Assembly: GCA_965228475.1 (NCBI GenBank)
Contig: OZ245817.1
Coordinates: 2,464,001-2,528,000, forward strand
From: Myxococcota bacterium
GTDB taxonomy: Bacteria > Myxococcota_A > UBA9160 > JAFDDA01
Length of the DNA: 64,000 bases
Direction of reading: 5' to 3'
Shown piece after piece: positions 57,815-64,000 of the stretch. The notes beneath the pieces were generated by a model. It was not told where the DNA came from. It searched no databases and saw only the letters and a list, made by a program, of their open reading frames with translations. The translations under genes were made by a program, and so were the position numbers. How positions within the stretch are numbered: position 1 is the first letter of the stretch; each line of letters starts with the position of its first letter.

Positions 57815-58963
57815 TCACCCGCCCTGCCCCACCAACCGGGCATGCTCGGACTGGGCGAAGCGGTCCGTCATGCCGGCAATGTAGTCTGCGATGGCCCTCG
57901 CTTCACCCTCCTCCGGGAAGCGGCTCCGCACGGCCTCCGGCAGCGCCGCGGGCTTCTCGGCGAAGCACTCGTAGAGCTCCGAGAGCACGCGTTCGGCGCG
58001 GCGGTTCACTTCGGCCACCTGGGGATGGTCGTAGAGGTGCTCGAACAAGAACGTCTTGAGGGAGAGGAATCGCTCGGTGACGGAGCGCGAGAACCCGACG
58101 AAGGGGCGCTCGTCGTCGCGCACCGCATCGACGCCGGCGGGCCTCGCCTCCTCGAGCCGGGCCGAAGTCGCTTCGACGAGGTCCGTCACCAGGAGGTTGA
58201 TCAGGCCCCCGACGGTCTGCGCCCGCTTCACGCGCTCCCCCGCCTCCGGCATCTCGGCCTCCACGCGGGCACGCATCTCGTTCCAGAGCGGCGCGTCCTC
58301 GAGCTGCCCGAGCGTCAGCAGGCCGGAGCGCAGGCCGTCGTCGAGATCGTGATTCACGTAGGCGATCTCGTCGGCGCGGTCAGCGATCTGGGCTTCGAGC
58401 GTGGGCTGCCGCCGGAGAGGCGGGAGCGGCACGGGGTGCGGCCAGTTCGCGCCGTGCTTGCAGAGGCCTTCGCGCGTTTCGTGGGTGAGGTTCAGACCGC
58501 CTACGTGCGGGTAGCGCTCCTCGAGCGCATCGACGATGCGCAGGGTCTGGCGGTTGTGGTCGAAGCCGCCCTCCTCCGAAAGGAGCCGGTCGAGCACGCG
58601 CTCGCCGGCGTGGCCGAAGGGCGGGTGCCCGAGGTCGTGGGCCAGGACTACGGCCTCCGCCAGATCCTCGTTCAGCCGGAGCGCCCGGGCGAGCGAGCGC
58701 GTGATCTGCCCGCCCTCGATCGTGTGGGTCAGGCGATTGCGGAAGTGGTCGCCCTCGTGAAAGACGAAGACCTGGGTCTTGTACTCGAGGCGCCGGAAGG
58801 CCGTGCTGTGGATCACGCGGTCGCGATCGCGGTGGAAGACGGTGCGGTAGCCGTGGTGCGGCTCGGGAACCACCCGGCCCCGGCTCTCGGCCGCCCGCAT
58901 GGCCCAGGGCGCGAGCCGTTCGGCCTCTTCGGCCTCGCAGGCCTCCCGCGTGCGCAGGCTCAC
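57815..58963 (-). CDS. dgt: Deoxyguanosinetriphosphate triphosphohydrolase
   Basis: RDRDRVIHSTAFRRLEYKTQV, RNRLTH, HDLGHPPFGHAGE, ADEIAY, DYIAGMTD. Confidence 0.96.
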   Translation of the reverse strand: MSLRTREACEAEEAERLAPWAMRAAESRGRVVPEPHHGYRTVFHRDRDRVIHSTAFRRLEYKTQVFVFHEGDHFRNRLTHTIEGGQITRSLARALRLNEDLAEAVVLAHDLGHPPFGHAGERVLDRLLSEEGGFDHNRQTLRIVDALEERYPHVGGLNLTHETREGLCKHGANWPHPVPLPPLRRQPTLEAQIADRADEIAYVNHDLDDGLRSGLLTLGQLEDAPLWNEMRARVEAEMPEAGERVKRAQTVGGLINLLVTDLVEATSARLEEARPAGVDAVRDDERPFVGFSRSVTERFLSLKTFLFEHLYDHPQVAEVNRRAERVLSELYECFAEKPAALPEAVRSRFPEEGEARAIADYIAGMTDRFAQSEHARLVGQGG

Positions 58964-58991
58964 GGGGAGAAGGCCCCGAGCGGGAGCGGTC

Positions 58992-59264
58992 TCACGGAGA
59001 GAGGCCTTCGCGCTCGAGGAGGCCGTCGAGCTCGCGACGGGAGGCGTCGTCGATGTGTTCCCGGACCGGCGCTTCCCGTGCCTCGGTGGCACGGGGCGCG
59101 GGCTTCGGCTTCGCCGGACGCGCGCCGACGGCCGGGGCACCGCGGCTCTCGGCGGATCCGTCGCGAGCCTCGGGAACCGCCTCCGGGCCGGCCGGGGTCG
59201 AAAGCAGGAGCCAGCCGGCGAGTGCGGCGGCGGCGAGCCCGAAGGGAAGAAGGAGCCAGCGCAT
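58992..59264 (-). CDS. Small membrane-anchored hypothetical protein
   Basis: MRWLLLPFGLAAAALAGWLLL TM, Pro/Ala linker, EHIDDASRRELDGLL. Confidence 0.6.
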   Translation of the reverse strand: MRWLLLPFGLAAAALAGWLLLSTPAGPEAVPEARDGSAESRGAPAVGARPAKPKPAPRATEAREAPVREHIDDASRRELDGLLEREGLSP

Positions 59265-59291
59265 GGCAACGGGCACGATAGGATATGCGCC

Positions 59292-60413
59292 GTGAGCACA
59301 CCCGAAGAAGTCACCGTCCCCGAACGCCTCCTGCTCGGCCCCGGCCCCTCGAACGTGAACGTCCGGGTCCGCCAGGCGATGGGTCAGCCGCTGCTCGGGC
59401 ACCTCGACCCCGCGTTCCTCGACATCATGGAGAGCGTGAAGGCCGGCCTGCGCCGCCTGTTCGGCACCGAGAACGACATGACCCTGCCGCTCTCGGCCAC
59501 GGGCAGCGCGGGCATGGAGGCGTGCTTCGTCAACCTGCTCGAGCCGGGCGACGCGGTCGTGGTCGGCGTGAACGGCGTGTTCGGCAACCGCATGTGCGAG
59601 GTCGCCCACCGCGCGGGCGCGAACGTGCACCGGGTCGATGCGCCATGGGGCGAGCCCCTCCCCGAAGAGGCGATGGTCGCCGCGATCGAGAAGCACGGCC
59701 CGCGCGTCGTGGCCTTCGTCCACGCGGAGACCTCGACCGGGGTCTGCCAGCCCGTCGAAACGATCGCGCGGGCGGCCCGGGAGGCCGGCGCCTTCGTGCT
59801 GCTCGACTGCGTGACGTCCCTGGCCGGCCTGCCCCTCGAGATCGACGCCTGGGGCGTCGACGCCGTCTACAGCGGAACGCAGAAGTGCCTCTCGTGCCCG
59901 CCCGGGCTCTCCCCGGTGAGCTTCAGCCCGCGGGCGGTCGAGCGCGTGGCGGCCCGGCGCACGCCCGTCCAGAGCTGGTACCTCGACGTCTCGCTTCTCG
60001 CCGGTTACTACGGCAGCGAGCGCGTCTACCACCACACCGCCCCGATCTCCGCGATCTACGGCATCGCCGAGGGCCTCCGCGTCGTCGAGGAAGAAGGGAT
60101 GCCGGCCCGGGAGAAGCGCCACCGCGAAGCCTCGGCGCGGCTGCTCGCGGGCCTCGCGCCGCTCGGCTTCGAGCCGCTGGTGGCGGAGCCCTACCGCCTC
60201 CCCCAGCTGAACACCGTGAAGCTCCCGGAAGCCGTCGTGACCCACGGCGAGGGGGCACTCCGAGCCCGCCTGCTCGATCACCACGGGATCGAGGTCGGTG
60301 GCGGGCTCGGCGATCTCGCGGGGAAGATCTGGCGCATCGGCCTGATGGGCGAGAACGCTCGCCCGGAGCCCGTCGAGCGTCTGCTCGGGGCGCTTCGCCA
60401 GGAGCTCGCCTGA
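59292..60413 (+). CDS. Alanine-glyoxylate/serine-pyruvate aminotransferase (class V)
   Basis: LLGPGPSN, HAETSTG, DCVTS, GTQKCL, YHHT, WRIGLMG. Confidence 0.95.
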   Translation: MSTPEEVTVPERLLLGPGPSNVNVRVRQAMGQPLLGHLDPAFLDIMESVKAGLRRLFGTENDMTLPLSATGSAGMEACFVNLLEPGDAVVVGVNGVFGNRMCEVAHRAGANVHRVDAPWGEPLPEEAMVAAIEKHGPRVVAFVHAETSTGVCQPVETIARAAREAGAFVLLDCVTSLAGLPLEIDAWGVDAVYSGTQKCLSCPPGLSPVSFSPRAVERVAARRTPVQSWYLDVSLLAGYYGSERVYHHTAPISAIYGIAEGLRVVEEEGMPAREKRHREASARLLAGLAPLGFEPLVAEPYRLPQLNTVKLPEAVVTHGEGALRARLLDHHGIEVGGGLGDLAGKIWRIGLMGENARPEPVERLLGALRQELA

Positions 60414-60434
60414 TCGCCGCCCCTGCCGGCTGGA

Positions 60435-60463
60435 TTGACCCCACACGGGCCGGGCGGTATACC
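60435..60463 (+). promoter_or_regulatory. Sigma70 promoter for riboswitch-btuB transcript
   Basis: TTGACC-N17-TATACC. Confidence 0.7.
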
Positions 60464-60484
60464 CGCTCCCGTACGAACAGCGCA

Positions 60485-60666
60485 CATGGGTGCCCGGCAC
60501 GTCGCCGGGGTAAAAGGGAAGGCCGTTCAAATCGGCCGCGGTCCCGCCACTGTGAACGGTTGATTCGTCCGCAAGAGGCCACTGGGGTGCGAGCCCTGGG
60601 AAGGCGCGGACGATGTTCGTAGGCTCGGTTGCCTACGGACCACCGTGAGCCAGGAAACCTGCCCAC
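60485..60666 (+). ncRNA. Cobalamin riboswitch
   Basis: GGTG...TAAAAGGGAA...GTTCAAATC...GCGGTCCCGCCACTGTGA...GCCACTGGG...TGGGAAGG...B12 box GAGCCAGGAAACCTGCC. Confidence 0.95.
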
Positions 60667-60759
60667 GTGCAAACGTCAGCGCTCTCCGCGGAGGGAGCGA
60701 CGCTGCGATTCCCGCTCACAGGAATCCCGTCGGTCGTCCGTGGCGAGCATGGAGACACC

Positions 60760-62892
60760 ATGACGCCCGCAGACCGGCGCCGCGCGGAAACGGCAGCCGA
60801 ACGAAGCCTTCCCTTCACCCTCGCGATCCTCGGAACCACCCTCCTCTTCGCGTACACGAACGCCGCAGCGGACCCGCCCACAGGGCCGCCTCCGAAGGCC
60901 GCCTCGGTCGGCGAGGTCACCGCGACGGCGGGCCGGACCGAACGCAACGTGCTCGAGACCGCGGGGCACGTCACCGTGCTCGAGCGGAGCGACATCGAGA
61001 CCAGCGGTGCCAAGAACGTCGCGGAGCTCCTCCGGCGCGAGCCGGGCGTTCTCGTCACGAACTCCACGAGCACGCGCGGCGGCTACGAGGTCGAGGTGCG
61101 AGGCTTCCAGAACGGCTCGGGCGGGGGCTCCAGCCTGCTCGTCCTCGTGGACGGCCGACGCATCAACGAGCCCGAGACGAGCGTCACCGACTGGGGCTTG
61201 ATCCCCCTCGACAACATCGAGCGGGTCGAGATCGTGCGCGGCCCGGCGAGTGCGCTCTATGGCGACAACGCCGTGGGCGGGGTCGTCGAGATCACGACGC
61301 GCAGTGGCGAAGGCCCGCCCCGAGCCACCGTCACCGGCCGGCTCGGCAAGTACCGAACGAAGGAAGGGAGCGCCTGGGCCGGGGGCAGCGCGGGCCCCGT
61401 GGCCCTGTCGGTCTTCTTCGATCACTTCGAGACCGGGGGCTACCGCGACCAGTCGAACTTCCGTTCCCGGGACTTCCAGGGTCGAACGGACATCCAGCTC
61501 GGCGACTCGGCATCGCTGTCGCTCCGCGGCGGCTACGTCACGAACGATCGGCCGCCCCCGGGGCCCCTCAACGAGCTCGAGCTCGACGCGGATCGCCAGC
61601 AGGTCGACCCCGACAGCATCGGCAGCGATGCCATCGCACGCCGGCGCTTCGTGGATGGAACGCTCACGGCGCAGCCCGCCGAAGGCGTCACGCTCTCGGC
61701 GCAGGGCTACTACACCCGGCGCAACGACAGCACCGTCGCGCCCTCCGCCGCGGGACTCTTCTCGCGCGGCTTCGAGACCCAGGCGCTCGGGCTGAACGGC
61801 AAGGCCCAGTTCGACTGGCAGGGCCCCGGGGAAACGAAGCTCCGCACCATCATCGGGCTCGACCTGCTCCGCGAGGATCGCAAGGGTGCCGATACGTTCG
61901 TCTCGGCATTCAACCCGCTCTTCAACAGCGACTCGAAGCGCCGTTCCCGGAAGGACAGCGTCGGAGCGTATCTTCAAGCGGAGCTGGAAGTGCTCTCCTG
62001 GCTCCTGCTGACCGCAGGCTATCGCCACGACCGCGCCGACTACGAGATCAACGACGTCGACCGGATCACGCTGGTCAAGCAGGCCGCGGACCCGACCCAT
62101 ACGCTCCATACGCCACGCTTCGGCATCGTGGCCCGCGCCACGGAGACGACCTCGGTCTACGCCTCCTGGGCCCGGGGGTTCCGTCTCCCGAACCTCGGCG
62201 AGACCGGCGGGGTCTTCGCGAACAACCCGAACATCGATCCCCAGCGCTCCAAGGGGATCGAGGTCGGCGTGAAGCATCGCAGCGAGCGGCTGCGCGCGAA
62301 CCTCGCGCTCTATCGCATGGACGTCCGCGACGAGATCCTGCTCGATTCCGAGGTGATCCAGTTCGGTTTCTTCGGGCTGCAGACCGTCAACATGGACCGC
62401 GTTCGCCATCAGGGTCTCGAGGTCTCGTGGTCCTTCGACCTGTTCCCCGCCCTCGAGCTCCACGGCGGCTACACCTGGGACGACACCCGCATCCGGCGCG
62501 ACAGCACCACGAACCTCGACGGCAAGCGCGTCCCGATCACGCCCGAGCACCGCGGCAGCCTCGGTGTCCTGGCCCGGGGCCCCTGGGGCCTCGAAGCCGG
62601 AGTCGACGTCCAGTTCGTGGGCCGGCGCTACGGTGTCAACGACTTCGGCCACCGGCTCGATCAACTCCAGGACTACCGGCGCTGGGACGTTCACCTCGGC
62701 TGGCGGCCGAAGCTCGGCGAGCACGTGGAGCTGGGCTTCACCTTCGACCTCTTGAACGCATCGAACCGCCGCTACGAGGAGACGGGCGGTCGGCCGAGTT
62801 TCGTGGCCGTCGGCGCCACCGCGGTGCCGGGCTTCTTTCCCGCTCCGCGCCGGCACTACATCGGTGGCGTTTCCGTCACGGTGCGGCGGTGA
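60760..62892 (+). CDS. btuB: TonB-dependent receptor, probably cobalamin (BtuB-like)
   Basis: Plug VRG...LVLVDG...IERVEIVRGPASALYG..AVGGV, barrel strands, downstream of B12 riboswitch. RBS GGAG then ATG 60760. Confidence 0.85.
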   Translation: MTPADRRRAETAAERSLPFTLAILGTTLLFAYTNAAADPPTGPPPKAASVGEVTATAGRTERNVLETAGHVTVLERSDIETSGAKNVAELLRREPGVLVTNSTSTRGGYEVEVRGFQNGSGGGSSLLVLVDGRRINEPETSVTDWGLIPLDNIERVEIVRGPASALYGDNAVGGVVEITTRSGEGPPRATVTGRLGKYRTKEGSAWAGGSAGPVALSVFFDHFETGGYRDQSNFRSRDFQGRTDIQLGDSASLSLRGGYVTNDRPPPGPLNELELDADRQQVDPDSIGSDAIARRRFVDGTLTAQPAEGVTLSAQGYYTRRNDSTVAPSAAGLFSRGFETQALGLNGKAQFDWQGPGETKLRTIIGLDLLREDRKGADTFVSAFNPLFNSDSKRRSRKDSVGAYLQAELEVLSWLLLTAGYRHDRADYEINDVDRITLVKQAADPTHTLHTPRFGIVARATETTSVYASWARGFRLPNLGETGGVFANNPNIDPQRSKGIEVGVKHRSERLRANLALYRMDVRDEILLDSEVIQFGFFGLQTVNMDRVRHQGLEVSWSFDLFPALELHGGYTWDDTRIRRDSTTNLDGKRVPITPEHRGSLGVLARGPWGLEAGVDVQFVGRRYGVNDFGHRLDQLQDYRRWDVHLGWRPKLGEHVELGFTFDLLNASNRRYEETGGRPSFVAVGATAVPGFFPAPRRHYIGGVSVTVRR

Positions 62893-62896
62893 CGTC

Positions 62897-63307
62897 GTGA
62901 GGCGGTACGGAGAGAGGTTCCCGAGCCTTGCGCGGTTCGCCGCGGTCCTCGCGCTGCTTGGGGTCGGGGCCGGGGTGCCGGCGCACGGACAGGAGCGTGT
63001 GGCCCGCGTGACCCTGGTCGACGCACTGCCCCCGAGCCCGAGCGTCGATGCGCGCCTCGAGACGATCCGCGTGCGCATCCAGAGGGCGCTCGTCTATCCG
63101 CCGAACGCGAGGGCCCGGGAGCTCGTCGGGACCTCGCGGGTGGAGTTCGAGATCGACGGCAGCGGCCAGGCGACCGGGTTGGAGACGGTCGCCTCCTCGG
63201 GCCACTGGGTGCTGGATCGCGCTGCGCGGCGCGCGGTCGAAGCCGCTTCGCCTCTCCCCTACGTCTGGGGGAGGCTGGCCGTCCCGGTCCGCTTCGAACT
63301 CGATTAG
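62897..63307 (+). CDS. Short TonB C-terminal domain protein
   Basis: TM/signal, YPPNAR...GTSRVEFEIDGSG...SSG..VLDRAA...VPVRFEL. Confidence 0.88.
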   Translation: MRRYGERFPSLARFAAVLALLGVGAGVPAHGQERVARVTLVDALPPSPSVDARLETIRVRIQRALVYPPNARARELVGTSRVEFEIDGSGQATGLETVASSGHWVLDRAARRAVEAASPLPYVWGRLAVPVRFELD

Positions 63308-63343
63308 GGCCGACCCGGGCAAACCCACCGCGCCCGCGGCGGG

Positions 63344-64000
63344 CTAGCGCAGGGTCGAGGAGAAGAGCTCCTTCACGCGGCGCCAGGCGTCCTTCGCGGC
63401 ATCGGCGTCGTAGGTCGCACGCTGGTCGCAGAAGAAGCCGTGATCGCTGCCCTGGTAGACCACGACCTCGTGGTCCGTCCCGGCCTTGCCGAGCGCGGTG
63501 CGGATCGCATCGACCTGATCGGACGGGATCAGGGCGTCCTCGCCGCCGAACAGGCAGAGGATCCGCCCCTCGATGCCCTCGGTCCGCGAGACCGTCGAAG
63601 GCCCGCCCCCGAGGCCCTCGGGCGCCGCGACGCCTCCGCCGTAGAAGCTCGCCGAGGCAGCGACGTCCGCTTCGCAGGCGGTCAGGTAGGCCATGTGCCC
63701 GCCGATGCAGAAGCCCATGCAGCCGACGGCATCGGTCGTGTCGTCCCGATCCCGGGCGTAGGCGACCGCATCGCGCGCGTCCGAGACCATCTCGTCCGCG
63801 ACGAGCTGGTTCAGCAGGCTCATGCCCTTCTCCATCCCCGCGTCGTCGTAGCCGAGCTCGATGCCCGCTCCGGTGCGATGGAAGAAGTCGGGCGCGATGG
63901 CGACGTAGCCCTCCCCCGCCACGCGCTGCACGACGTCCTGAATGTGGGAGTTCACGCCGAAGATCTCCATGTAGACGACGACCGCCGGGTGCGGGCCGCC
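63344..64000 (-). CDS. Dienelactone hydrolase family protein (5' end beyond window)
   Basis: EIFGVN, GFCIGG, FGGED, HGF. Confidence 0.93.
   Translation of the reverse strand, partial: GGPHPAVVVYMEIFGVNSHIQDVVQRVAGEGYVAIAPDFFHRTGAGIELGYDDAGMEKGMSLLNQLVADEMVSDARDAVAYARDRDDTTDAVGCMGFCIGGHMAYLTACEADVAASASFYGGGVAAPEGLGGGPSTVSRTEGIEGRILCLFGGEDALIPSDQVDAIRTALGKAGTDHEVVVYQGSDHGFFCDQRATYDADAAKDAWRRVKELFSSTLR

Overview
High-GC diderm bacterial DNA (about 70% GC by eye). The gene order suggests a deltaproteobacterial/Myxococcota-like lineage (inference). Most of the window is housekeeping: merR-icmF; SGNH+MBOAT O-acyltransferase pair; yihY/rrf2-iscS-mnmA-rnc-era; ompA and comEA; tilS-ftsH-folP-cdaA-cdaR-glmM-nnr-tsaE-lysC; lipid enzymes; tRNA(CAT); dCMP deaminase fusion; PEP-CTERM protein; argE; P450; prmA; gmhB; queE; cutA; dgt; AGXT; and a cobalamin riboswitch with btuB-like receptor and TonB-C protein. 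The standout is a lower-GC, integrase-free island at about 30.2-40.15 kb with five co-oriented ORFs: (1) a 62-aa truncated paralog; (2) a fused YcgR/PilZ + LuxD-like thioesterase + SAM methyltransferase; (3) a 6-TM double-kinase sensor; (4) a REC-GAF-degenerate kinase; (5) a wHTH-ATPase-TPR regulator. This arrangement resembles the Ralstonia phcBSR quorum-sensing cassette, and I infer a c-di-GMP-gated fatty-acid-methyl-ester signalling system. Other oddities are a eukaryote-like neutral sphingomyelinase, a putative double pseudo-nuclease preceded by three tandem hairpins, an antisense gene overlapping both neighbours, and recurrent leaderless promoter architecture. All family assignments come from motifs recognised by eye; no database searches were run.
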